From the NCBI GenBank assembly GCA_949292175.1, contig CASEYJ010000006.1:13387-77386 (forward strand): a DNA stretch of 64,000 nt, read 5' to 3'. The notes under the pieces were generated by a model. That model was not told where the DNA came from, did not search any database, and saw nothing but the letters and a program-made list of their open reading frames with translations. How positions within the stretch are numbered: position 1 is the stretch's first letter; each line of letters starts with the position of its first letter. Source of the stretch: an uncultured bacterium (GTDB lineage Bacteria > Cyanobacteriota > Vampirovibrionia > Gastranaerophilales > Gastranaerophilaceae). The position numbers and the translations under genes were made by a program. Positions 27,525-36,111 of the stretch are shown here, piece after piece.

Positions 27525-28727
27525 TTAATTTTCTTGGCGAAATATTTCTGTTGCTCGCTTCAAGATGCCAAGACAGTAAGAAATTGTGATGCCGTAATTT
27601 GTTATTGCAACTCCTGATTTATTGGCAAGTAATATTCTTGATAAAATTTCGCGTCTGTTTGTCATGCAAGCTCCGCAGTGAATTATCAATTTGTAGTCTT
27701 TTATATCAGGAAAATCATGACCTGAATAGTGATCTATTATTAAATCTTTTCCGGTTTTCTTTTTTAGTAAATTCGGTATTTTTACCCGTCCAATATCATC
27801 TTCTATTGCATGATGTGTGCAACTTTCGAGGATTAAAACTTTATCTCCGTCTTCAAGCTGGTCTATGGCTTCTGCCCCTTTTATAAATGTATTTAAATCT
27901 CCTTTTAATCTTGCAAAAAGAATAGAAAAGGATGTTAATTTTATGTTGTCAGGGACAATCTCGCTAACTTGTTTGAAAGCTTGTGAATCTGTAATTACGA
28001 GTGAAGGCGGTTCTTTTAAATTTTCAATAGCCTCTTTTAATTCGCTCTCTTTTACAACGTAACTCAGACAATTGGAATCCAGTAAATCTCTTATTACTTG
28101 TACCTGCGGGAGAATAAGTCTTCCTTTTGGAGCTTCTTTATCAATTGGAATTACTAAAATTACGGAGCTTTTTGGTGAAATTAAATCACCTGCAATTTTT
28201 GGCGTATTGATAAAATCTTCAGGTAAAAGTTTTACAAGTTCATTCTTAAACTTGAATACAAGTTCTTTATCATTGGTCGCAGAAGTAGTTATTACGTGCG
28301 GAGTGAGAGTGAATATTTCATCTAATTTTGTCTCAGGAATATCTTTTATATCAGTTTTGTTAACCAATATGAGATATGGGATGTTTAATTCTTCAAAATT
28401 TTCAATTAAATTCTTTTCTTCATCTCCAATACCGTTATAATCACAAACGATTACCGCGATATCTGTGCGATTGATGATTTTCATTGTTTTTTCTATACGG
28501 GATTTCCCAAGTTCTGTTTGGTCGTCAATTCCAGCCGTATCCAAAAATCTTACAGGCCCTATTGGCAGAAGTTCCATCGATTTTTCTACAACATCAGTTG
28601 TTGTTCCGGCAATTTCCGACACGATAGACATATCTTGTCCTGTGATTTTGTTCAAAACAGATGATTTACCCGCATTTGTTTTCCCAAAAATTCCAATATG
28701 TAATCGTTGTGATTTTAAAGTTTGCAT
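27525..28727 (-). CDS. hydF: [FeFe]-hydrogenase H-cluster maturation GTPase HydF
   Basis: G1 GKTNAGKSS, G3 DTAGIDD, G4 NKTD, and the C-terminal FeS-binding CTHH...HCGACM (CxH...HCxxC) motif. Confidence 0.88.
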   Translation of the reverse strand: MQTLKSQRLHIGIFGKTNAGKSSVLNKITGQDMSIVSEIAGTTTDVVEKSMELLPIGPVRFLDTAGIDDQTELGKSRIEKTMKIINRTDIAVIVCDYNGIGDEEKNLIENFEELNIPYLILVNKTDIKDIPETKLDEIFTLTPHVITTSATNDKELVFKFKNELVKLLPEDFINTPKIAGDLISPKSSVILVIPIDKEAPKGRLILPQVQVIRDLLDSNCLSYVVKESELKEAIENLKEPPSLVITDSQAFKQVSEIVPDNIKLTSFSILFARLKGDLNTFIKGAEAIDQLEDGDKVLILESCTHHAIEDDIGRVKIPNLLKKKTGKDLIIDHYSGHDFPDIKDYKLIIHCGACMTNRREILSRILLANKSGVAITNYGITISYCLGILKRATEIFRQEN

Positions 28728-28741
28728 CTGACTCTCTTCCT

Positions 28742-28769
28742 AAAAGAACGGCACCCCGAAAGGTGCCGT
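28742..28769 (-). terminator. Rho-independent terminator after rpsO
   Basis: ACGGCACC (28748-28755) pairs with GGTGCCGT (28762-28769) with a 6-nt loop. On the minus strand it is followed by TCTTTT. Confidence 0.8.
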
Positions 28770-28790
28770 ATCTTATTTTTGATTGAAAAA

Positions 28791-29060
28791 TTAACCTCTG
28801 ATACCAAGTTTCTTGATTAATGCTCTGTAACCATCAAGATTTCTGTCTTTAAGGTAAGAAAGTAATCTCTTTCTTCTACCTACCATCATCAAAAGACCTC
28901 TCTTTGTAGCGAAATCTTTTTGATTAGATTTTAAGTGTTCAGTAAGTTCGCTAATTTTTTGGCTTAACATAGCGATTTGAACTTCAACAGAACCGGTATC
29001 TTTTTCGTTAGCACCATATTCTTTAATGATGTCTTGTTTGTTTTTCAAGTTGATTGACAT
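28791..29060 (-). CDS. rpsO: 30S ribosomal protein S15
   Basis: [70 protein letters not shown] is the S15 pattern. Start set at the internal ATG 29060. Confidence 0.93.
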   Translation of the reverse strand: MSINLKNKQDIIKEYGANEKDTGSVEVQIAMLSQKISELTEHLKSNQKDFATKRGLLMMVGRRKRLLSYLKDRNLDGYRALIKKLGIRG

Positions 29061-29167
29061 AGTAATTTTTCCTTTAATTTCGTATGAGTACAAATTGGGC
29101 GTAAGCACTCTACACGTCAATAGTATTATAGTAAAGGAAAAAAATCAATACATGATGTAAACAAAGA

Positions 29168-29692
29168 TTAAGAGAATTGGTTTAATCTGGCATCGGCAAT
29201 CATTCCTGATTGGAAAGCTCTAAGAGAAGCTTTGGAAGCTGATACCATACGTTCACCGGCAAGTTCTCTTGCCAATGTCGCATCAGAAGTTCCTTTCATA
29301 AGTTCTCTAAGTTTATTTTGTGCATTATTAATGTTGCTTTCAAGCAAAGAACTGTTATTTCCTGCCGCGTATTCGTTTTGTAGTTTTTCAAGTTGTGCTT
29401 CAGCAGCTTTTTGTGCTGCTGTTGCGTCTTGTTCAGCTTGTCTGGCAAGTGCGTATGTCTGTTCGCTCAATTCTTTCTTTGCGTCAGCTTCTTTTGAACG
29501 TTCCCAGATGCTTGCACGAATTGAGTTCGGAAGTGACATAAATTTTGCTTCCTTGGCAAGTGAAAACAGCGCGGATGATTTCATCTCTTTTACATAAGAT
29601 GCAAGATATTTTTGGTAATCTCCGCCGAATTCTTTTTGTAATTCTGGATTTTTTTCAAATTGTGAAAGTGTTACGAAATTTACCTCAGACAT
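29168..29692 (-). CDS. Hypothetical Ala/Gln/Glu-rich helical protein (174 aa)
   Basis: Intact ORF with no signal peptide. Central segment ARQAEQDATAAQKAAEAQLEKLQNEYAAGNN has coiled-coil-like composition. Confidence 0.6.
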   Translation of the reverse strand: MSEVNFVTLSQFEKNPELQKEFGGDYQKYLASYVKEMKSSALFSLAKEAKFMSLPNSIRASIWERSKEADAKKELSEQTYALARQAEQDATAAQKAAEAQLEKLQNEYAAGNNSSLLESNINNAQNKLRELMKGTSDATLARELAGERMVSASKASLRAFQSGMIADARLNQFS

Positions 29693-29791
29693 AGCAATCC
29701 CTTTTGTTTATACTCTATTACTTATATAAACTTTTTTTTATGGTAGAAATTGCTATTTTTTGTGTGATTATTAAGAATTGTTAACAAGGTT

Positions 29792-30253
29792 CTACTTTAT
29801 GTCTTTAGCGATTATATCCGTTATGTCGTCTCCGCCAAAGAATACTATATTTTTAGGTAAAACCAAATTGTAATTCATACTTTTTGCCTTTTCTACGACA
29901 GAATTTTTAATTTCAGCGTCTATTTGTGTCAATTTTGTGTTGTATTCTGTATCAAGGGCAAGTTTTTGTCTGTTGATTTCGTTTCGGTATTTTTCTTCCA
30001 GTTTTGCGATTTTTGCAGGGTCAGTTTCTTTTGAAATTTCGGCTCTGGCTTTATCTATTGTTGCCTGCATTGCTTTAATTTTCTTTTCTTGTTCAGCTTT
30101 AAGATTTTTTACCGCAGAAGAATTTGCTACGATTTTTGTGGTATCTACAACAGCAACTTTTGGTGTTGTGTCTGATATGGCAATATTATTTACGGAATAG
30201 CCAAGTCCGAATGCAAGTGCAACAATTACTGCAACGTGAAATTTTTTGTACAT
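29792..30253 (-). CDS. skp: OmpH/Skp-family periplasmic chaperone
   Basis: Signal peptide MYKKFHVAVIVALAFGLGYS, then a Lys/Glu/Ala-rich coiled-coil of about 150 aa. ATG 30253 is preceded by AAGGAGAGGA. Confidence 0.75.
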   Translation of the reverse strand: MYKKFHVAVIVALAFGLGYSVNNIAISDTTPKVAVVDTTKIVANSSAVKNLKAEQEKKIKAMQATIDKARAEISKETDPAKIAKLEEKYRNEINRQKLALDTEYNTKLTQIDAEIKNSVVEKAKSMNYNLVLPKNIVFFGGDDITDIIAKDIK

Positions 30254-30388
30254 AATTAAATCCTCTCCTTTTTTCAAACCTTATTCTGCTACGTACTGTG
30301 TCGTTATACAATTGCCATGGTGGAGAGGTTATTTGCATATTTATATTGTTTGTAATAAAATTTAAGTAAACATTAAAAGGAGAAAATT

Positions 30389-30637
30389 ATGGCGCAACAA
30401 TTTAATCCGCAGAATATTAAAAAAAGAACTTCTGTTTTGGTATTCCTAAAAGGAACTACCGCTCCGCTTGTTTTGTATGTTGAAAATCCTCAGGATTTAT
30501 ATGCAGAATTAATGCAGCTTATGAAATCTGCAAGCAATGTTCTTGTGGAAAAAGAAACACAAGGTCCTTTGAAAAAAGTTTGTTTCGCAGCGGGTCAAAT
30601 AGCTGCAGTCGCAATGCAGGAAGAACAATACGTATAG
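30389..30637 (+). CDS. Hypothetical small protein (82 aa)
   Basis: Strong SD (AAAGGAGAAAATT-ATG), ordinary composition, directly upstream of yceD-rpmF. Confidence 0.6.
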   Translation: MAQQFNPQNIKKRTSVLVFLKGTTAPLVLYVENPQDLYAELMQLMKSASNVLVEKETQGPLKKVCFAAGQIAAVAMQEEQYV

Positions 30638-30651
30638 AGAAATTTTAGAAG

Positions 30652-31143
30652 ATGTCACATATTGTATCGATAGACGAAATAGAAAATTCTGAAGAAAAAA
30701 CCGTTTATTATGATTTTGAAGATAACATAGACGGCGTGGATTCTGTCGGCCCTATTTGTGCAGAACTTACAATAAAATCTCTTGGCGAGTTCATTGAAGT
30801 GAGTGGAAATGTTAAGGGAATTTTAAAATTGAATTGTGACCTATGTCTTAAAGAATTTGAGTATAATTTGAATTTTGATATTGACGAAGTATTCGCAAAA
30901 CACGCACTATTAGAAGAATATGGGCAGGAAACAGAAATTAAGGAAGGCCAGTTTATTACTGATTTGAACGGCTCCGATACGATTGACATTTATGACTTAT
31001 TGTATCAATCTGTAATATTAAATTTACCAAATAAAAAAGTTTGTGGTATAAATTGTAATGGAGATAATTTTTTGAAAGAAGAAGAATTATCCGATCCACG
31101 AATGGATGTATTTAAAAACATTCAAATACAACCGAAAGATTAA
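30652..31143 (+). CDS. yceD: YceD/DUF177-family protein
   Basis: Acidic ~160-aa protein with Cys pairs (CDLCLKEF ... CGINCNG) in the canonical position immediately upstream of rpmF. Confidence 0.8.
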   Translation: MSHIVSIDEIENSEEKTVYYDFEDNIDGVDSVGPICAELTIKSLGEFIEVSGNVKGILKLNCDLCLKEFEYNLNFDIDEVFAKHALLEEYGQETEIKEGQFITDLNGSDTIDIYDLLYQSVILNLPNKKVCGINCNGDNFLKEEELSDPRMDVFKNIQIQPKD

Positions 31144-31173
31144 ATAGTAGAAAAATAAAAAGGAAACAGAAAA

Positions 31174-31503
31174 ATGGCAGTACCAAAGAAAAGAACAGGA
31201 CATTCCGCACAAGGACATAGAAGAAGTAACTGGAAGGCAACAACTCCGGAAACAACTAAATGCCCTACTTGCGGCGCTACAGTTTTAACTCACACAGTTT
31301 GTACAGAGTGTGGAACTTACAAGGGAAAACCTGTAAGCTTGAAAGATAGAAAAGAAGAAGTTGTTAAGGAAGAAAAACCAGCTAAAAAATCAACAAAAAA
31401 AGCTGAAAAAGCAGAAAAAGTTGAAGAAGTAAAAGCTGAAGAACCTAAAGCAGAAGAAGTTAAAGCTGAAGAAGAAACAAAAGAAGAATCAGAAGACAAA
31501 TAG
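31174..31503 (+). CDS. rpmF: 50S ribosomal protein L32 with Lys/Glu-rich C-terminal extension
   Basis: MAVPKKRTGHSAQGHRRSNWK and the CPTCG...CTECG zinc ribbon. Confidence 0.93.
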   Translation: MAVPKKRTGHSAQGHRRSNWKATTPETTKCPTCGATVLTHTVCTECGTYKGKPVSLKDRKEEVVKEEKPAKKSTKKAEKAEKVEEVKAEEPKAEEVKAEEETKEESEDK

Positions 31504-31513
31504 TTGTGATAAA

Positions 31514-31541
31514 TGAGGTTGAAGGTAATACTTCAACCTCA
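31514..31541 (+). other. Perfect 11-bp hairpin between rpmF and plsX (no T-run)
   Basis: TGAGGTTGAAG (31514-31524) pairs with CTTCAACCTCA (31531-31541) with a 6-nt loop. It is followed by CTATCAAG, not a U-tract. Confidence 0.6.
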
Positions 31542-31577
31542 CTATCAAGTTTATAATAGACTTTGAGAGAGGGAAAC

Positions 31578-32633
31578 ATGACAAGAATAGCAGTAGACGC
31601 AATGGGCGGCGACCATGCTCCTCATGAAATTGTAGCAGGAGCTGTTTGGGCAGCACAAGAATATGGTGTTGCTATTGAGTTGGTCGGCAAGCAGGATAGA
31701 ATAGAACAAGAACTTGATAAAATTACCCATGAAGGTTTTTACTCTGATTGCGGAAAAGCTGGTAAGCAATACCGCATAAAGATTGATACAAGCAAACTTG
31801 ACATTAAGATTACACATGCTTCCGAAATTATTGAGATGGGCGAAGCTCCTGGTCAAGCTATTCGTAAAAAGAAAAAGTCTTCGATCGTTCTTGCAGTAGC
31901 TGCGGTTGCTGAAGGAAGTTCTGATGCTGTTGTTGCAGCAGGTTCTACCGGTGCGGCTATGGCTTCAAGTTTGTTCGGACTTGGAAGATTGCAAGGAATT
32001 GACAGACCGGCGATTGCTGTAACTTTGCCTACAATCAAGAAACCTATCGTTGTTATCGATGGTGGTGCAAACAGCAACTGTACGCCTGAAATGTTAATGC
32101 AATTTGCTATTATGGGTGCTACTTTCTCTAAAAATGTTCTTGGTATTGAACACCCTAGAGTTGGGGTTTTGAATATTGGTGAAGAAGCCGGCAAAGGTAA
32201 TGAGTTGGCTCAAGCTACTTATAAGTTATTGGAAGAACACCAAGATAAGATTAACTTTGTTGGTAATATAGAAGGTAAAGAAATTTTCTTGAGTGTGTGC
32301 GATGTTGTTGTATGTGACGGATTCGTAGGTAACGTTGCTCTTAAAGTTACTGAAGGAACATCTTCTATGTTATTCAGAATGTTAAAGCAAGAATTCAAAG
32401 CGGATTGGTTGGGTAAGATTATAGGACTTCTTGCTAAGCCGTTTATGAAAAGAATTTATACTAAGATTAACTATGAAGAGTTTGGTGGAGCCTTGCTCTT
32501 GGGTGTTAAAGGTATAACTGTTATCTCACACGGCAGAAGTAAAGCTTATGCAATTAAGAACGCTGTAAGAGTTGCTAAAGATGCCGTTGAATCAGGTGTT
32601 AACGAAAAAATTGCAAAATTTCATGAGGAATAA
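31578..32633 (+). CDS. plsX: Phosphate acyltransferase PlsX
   Basis: MTRIAVDAMGGDHAP start, VCDGFVGNVALK motif. Start set at ATG 31578. Confidence 0.92.
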   Translation: MTRIAVDAMGGDHAPHEIVAGAVWAAQEYGVAIELVGKQDRIEQELDKITHEGFYSDCGKAGKQYRIKIDTSKLDIKITHASEIIEMGEAPGQAIRKKKKSSIVLAVAAVAEGSSDAVVAAGSTGAAMASSLFGLGRLQGIDRPAIAVTLPTIKKPIVVIDGGANSNCTPEMLMQFAIMGATFSKNVLGIEHPRVGVLNIGEEAGKGNELAQATYKLLEEHQDKINFVGNIEGKEIFLSVCDVVVCDGFVGNVALKVTEGTSSMLFRMLKQEFKADWLGKIIGLLAKPFMKRIYTKINYEEFGGALLLGVKGITVISHGRSKAYAIKNAVRVAKDAVESGVNEKIAKFHEE

Positions 32634-32637
32634 ATAA

Positions 32638-33648
32638 ATGACAGATAAATTGATTCCGCTTAGAATTGCGGGGGTAGGATACAGTTTACCCGAAACGGTT
32701 ATTACAAATGATGACCTGACTAAATTATATGAAACTTCCGATGAATGGATTTATACAAGAACAGGTATTAAGGAAAGAAGAGTTGTTTCCGGCGAACAGA
32801 ATGCAGTTGATTTAGGTTTGGAAGCTGCTCAAAGGGCTCTTGAAAAAGCAAAGATGACTCCTGATGATATTGACTTAATTTTGGCCGCTTCATCTGCTCC
32901 TCCTGATTTGTATCCTGCAATAGCTTGTCACATCCATGCACGCTTAGGAATACAAAAACAAATTCCTGCTTTTGATATTACTGCAGCTTGTTCAGGTTTG
33001 ATTTACGGTTTGAGTATTGCAAAAGCCTATGTTGCATCAGGTATGTATAAAAATGTTTTGATTGTTGCAACAGACAACAATTCAAGACTTGTTAACTGGG
33101 AAGATAGAGCAACTTCTATTTTGTTCGGTGATGGTGCTGGTGCGATGGTTGTTACTCAGGCTGAAGATGGTATTGATGATATTATCGCAATTGACATCAA
33201 AGCTGATGGTAATTTTGGTAATTTGATTGAATTGTCATTTGACGGTAAGAATTGTCCGCTTGTTGAGCAGTATGAACCTAAGCCTAAGGGAATCAGAATG
33301 AACGGAAGAGGCGTTTATACTTTCGTTGCAAAAATTCTTCCGCACTACGTAGAAGATCTTATTGCAAATGCGGGTATGAAAACTGAAGAAATTGATTATT
33401 TGATTCCTCACCAAGCTAATATCAGAATTATTCAAGCTGTTCAAGAACGTCTTGGATTCCCTGATGAAAAGGTTGTAACAAATATCAAGTATTATGGTAA
33501 TACTTCAGCGGCTTCAATTCCTATCGCATTGGCTGAAAGTGTTGAAAAAGGCAATGTGAAACTTGGTACTACTGCAGTTTTATGCGGTTTCGGCGCCGGT
33601 ATGACTTGGGGTGGTGCTATCGTTAGGTTGAGAGAAGGTATTTGCTAA
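32638..33648 (+). CDS. fabH: 3-oxoacyl-ACP synthase III
   Basis: Catalytic triad contexts AACSGLIYGL, HQANIRI, GNTSAASIP. Confidence 0.95.
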   Translation: MTDKLIPLRIAGVGYSLPETVITNDDLTKLYETSDEWIYTRTGIKERRVVSGEQNAVDLGLEAAQRALEKAKMTPDDIDLILAASSAPPDLYPAIACHIHARLGIQKQIPAFDITAACSGLIYGLSIAKAYVASGMYKNVLIVATDNNSRLVNWEDRATSILFGDGAGAMVVTQAEDGIDDIIAIDIKADGNFGNLIELSFDGKNCPLVEQYEPKPKGIRMNGRGVYTFVAKILPHYVEDLIANAGMKTEEIDYLIPHQANIRIIQAVQERLGFPDEKVVTNIKYYGNTSAASIPIALAESVEKGNVKLGTTAVLCGFGAGMTWGGAIVRLREGIC

Positions 33649-33875
33649 TGGGTTTTAGGATTGGCGAAGTTAGAGGCTTTAATTTTTCAGGCTCTAAAAT
33701 AAAAGGATTTTCACAGGTTGTTGATTTTGGAAATCCTGAGAAGATAACTAAAATAAAGCAAAAATATCCTGAAACAATTAGATCTTGTAGACCTTTGGAT
33801 CTTGAAAATGATTTCGAGAATGTCGATGTCAACTTTTTAGACAAAGACGTTTTCGAAAAACAAGGAAATAAGTAG
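33648..33875 (+). CDS. Hypothetical 75-aa protein, start overlapping the fabH stop (TAATG)
   Basis: The ATG at 33648 shares its A with the fabH TAA. Sequence MGFRIGEVRGFNFSGSKIKGFSQVVDFGNPEKITKIKQKYPETIRSCRPLDLENDFENVDVNFLDKDVFEKQGNK has protein-like composition. It fills an otherwise empty 270-bp fabH-fabD gap. Confidence 0.5.
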   Translation: MGFRIGEVRGFNFSGSKIKGFSQVVDFGNPEKITKIKQKYPETIRSCRPLDLENDFENVDVNFLDKDVFEKQGNK

Positions 33876-33924
33876 AAAAGTTAGCGACTGGGCATTTTGC
33901 CCGATATCTGAGAGGGATATGTAT

Positions 33925-34872
33925 ATGACAAAAAAAATAGCGTTTATTTTTCCGGGGCAAGGCGCTCAGGCTGTAGGAATGGGAAAAGATTTGTACGAAA
34001 CTTACGGCATTGCTAAAAATGTTTATGATACTGCTGATAAGATTTTAGGCAAAAGTATTACAACATTGTGTTTTGAAGGTCCTGATGAGGATTTGAAACA
34101 GACTGTTAATACTCAGCCTTGTATCGTAACTACTTCAATCGCAGCTTTGGAAGCTTTAAAATCTGAATTAAACATTTCACCTGATTATGTTGCTGGACAC
34201 AGCTTAGGTGAATATTGTGCAATGTACACAGCAGGAGTTATGTCTCTTGAAACTACTTTGAGAGCAATCCAGAAGAGAGCTGATTTAATGGGACAAACAA
34301 AAGGCGGTGCAATGGCTGCTGTTTTGAACGCTCCTGAAGGTTCTGTTGAGGAAGCTTTGAAAGAAGCATCTTCTGTTGGTTACGTTGATGTTGCAAATTA
34401 TAACTCACCTGTACAGGTTGTAATTACAGGTGACGAGGCTGCTGTATCTAAGGCTGGTGAAATATTGCTTGCTAAAGGTGCAAGAAGAGTTGTTCCTCTT
34501 GCTGTATCTGGTGCATTCCATTCTAAGTTTATGGAAAATGCCGGAAAAGAATTTGAAGGGTTCGTTTCAGAATTGGAATTGAACGACGCTTTAGTTCCGG
34601 TTGTAACAAATGTTGATGCAGAAAAAACAACATCAAAAGATGATTTCAAGGTAAAAATGCCAAGACAAATCTATTCATCAGTACATTGGACTCAAACAAT
34701 TCAAAAGATGGCTGCTGATGGAGTTGAAATTTTTGTTGAAATTGGACCTGGTAAAGTTCTTGCAGGATTAAATAAGAAAATTGTTCCTGAAGCAAAAGTG
34801 TTTAATGTGTTTGATAAAGCAAGTTTAGACAGTACAATTGCTTCTTTGAAGGAAGAATTGGCGTTAGTATAA
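33925..34872 (+). CDS. fabD: Malonyl-CoA--ACP transacylase
   Basis: FIFPGQGAQAVGMG and active-site GHSLGEY. ATG 33925 has better SD spacing (AGAGGGA + 7 nt) than the track start 33919. Confidence 0.94.
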   Translation: MTKKIAFIFPGQGAQAVGMGKDLYETYGIAKNVYDTADKILGKSITTLCFEGPDEDLKQTVNTQPCIVTTSIAALEALKSELNISPDYVAGHSLGEYCAMYTAGVMSLETTLRAIQKRADLMGQTKGGAMAAVLNAPEGSVEEALKEASSVGYVDVANYNSPVQVVITGDEAAVSKAGEILLAKGARRVVPLAVSGAFHSKFMENAGKEFEGFVSELELNDALVPVVTNVDAEKTTSKDDFKVKMPRQIYSSVHWTQTIQKMAADGVEIFVEIGPGKVLAGLNKKIVPEAKVFNVFDKASLDSTIASLKEELALV

Positions 34873-34922
34873 AAGTGGATTAGGGTTATTTCCCTATTAA
34901 AGATTAATAAAGGAGAAAATTC

Positions 34923-35654
34923 ATGACAGAAAGAAAAATTGCATTAGTAACAGGCGGTTCTCGTGGTATCGGTTTAGCTTGTGCATTAGAACTTGCAAAA
35001 GCTGGCTGCGACATCATTATTAATGATATCTGCGATGCTGAAAAGGCTCAACCAGCTTTGGATGAGATTAAAGCTTGCGGTGTGAATGCATATTTTTACA
35101 GCTTTGACGTTTCAAATGATGCTGCTGTTCAGGAAAATGTTGATAAAATGGTTGCAGAACACGGTAGAATCGATATTCTTCTTAACAATGCCGGAATTAC
35201 AAAAGACGGTTTGTTCATAAGAATGGATATGGAACAGTGGGAAAGAGTAATTAAGATTAACCTTACAAGTGCATACTGCGTAACTCACGCTGTAATTAAG
35301 CACATGATGAAGGCTCGCCAAGGTTCTATCATCAATATGTCAAGTATCGTTGGTCGTCACGGTAATGCTGGTCAAGCAAATTACTCTGCTTCAAAAGCTG
35401 GTCTTATCGGTTTGACTCAAACTTTGGCAAAAGAATTTGGTTCAAGAAATATCAGAGTTAACGCTGTATGCCCTGGATTTATCCAAACAGCTATGACTCA
35501 AGATTTGGCTAACATCGACGAATATTTGAAGGCTATCCCAATGAAAAGACTTGGTACTCCTGAAGATATCGCAAAAGTTGTTAAGTTCCTTGCTCTTGAT
35601 ACTGAATACGTTACCGGTCAAGCTATCGAAGTTGCCGGCGGTTTGATGATATAA
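34923..35654 (+). CDS. fabG: 3-oxoacyl-ACP reductase
   Basis: SDR motifs TGGSRGIG, NNAG, YSASKAG. Confidence 0.94.
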   Translation: MTERKIALVTGGSRGIGLACALELAKAGCDIIINDICDAEKAQPALDEIKACGVNAYFYSFDVSNDAAVQENVDKMVAEHGRIDILLNNAGITKDGLFIRMDMEQWERVIKINLTSAYCVTHAVIKHMMKARQGSIINMSSIVGRHGNAGQANYSASKAGLIGLTQTLAKEFGSRNIRVNAVCPGFIQTAMTQDLANIDEYLKAIPMKRLGTPEDIAKVVKFLALDTEYVTGQAIEVAGGLMI

Positions 35655-35777
35655 TCAAAGTAAAGATTTTTAACAAATAGTGTCTGTTTTTGTAAATATC
35701 TTGCAAAATAATTTTGTGCCAGATATAATAAAATAGAAATTAAATCGTAATACAATTAAATTAATGAGGAAAAGAAG

Positions 35778-36008
35778 ATGAGTACATTAGAAAAAGTTAA
35801 AAAAGTTGTAGTAGATCAATTGAGCGTTGATGAAGCTTTAGTTACTCCAGAAGCTAGCTTCACTGCTGACTTGGGTGCTGATTCTTTAGATACAGTTGAA
35901 TTAGTTATGGCTTTCGAAGAAGAATTCGGTTGCGAAATTCCTGATGAAGAAGCTGAAAAAATCCAAACAGTTCAAGACGCTGTTAACTATATCGATTCTC
36001 ACAAGTAA
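35778..36008 (+). CDS. acpP: Acyl carrier protein
   Basis: [19 protein letters not shown] phosphopantetheine-attachment motif, 76 aa. Confidence 0.96.
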   Translation: MSTLEKVKKVVVDQLSVDEALVTPEASFTADLGADSLDTVELVMAFEEEFGCEIPDEEAEKIQTVQDAVNYIDSHK

Positions 36009-36043
36009 TCGCTTTTTACTTTAAGAGATCGAAAAAATTGTTG

Positions 36044-36077
36044 CGAGGGTGAAAATTGAATATTAATTTTCCCCTCG
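36044..36077 (+). other. Strong hairpin between acpP and fabF (no T-run)
   Basis: CGAGGGTGAAAATT (36044-36057) pairs with AATTTTCCCCTCG (36065-36077): 13 bp with one bulged T and a 7-nt loop. Confidence 0.6.
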
Positions 36078-36111
36078 AACATTTATTAATTAGAATAAAA
36101 AAGGTAAAGAG

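Noticed and set aside
29708-29735. Sigma-28-like string on the minus strand (AAAAGTTT-N12-GAGTATAA) upstream of the 174-aa gene
   Set aside because: The -10-like element lacks the CCGA core. It also ends only ~15 nt before the ATG, so a transcript would start inside or after the SD. This is most likely AT-rich coincidence.
33623-33844. 73-aa minus-strand ORF in the fabH-fabD gap
   Set aside because: It competes with the plus-strand 75-aa ORF. It is S/F/L/K-rich and lies antisense to the operon direction. It also lacks the TAATG coupling that supports the plus-strand reading.
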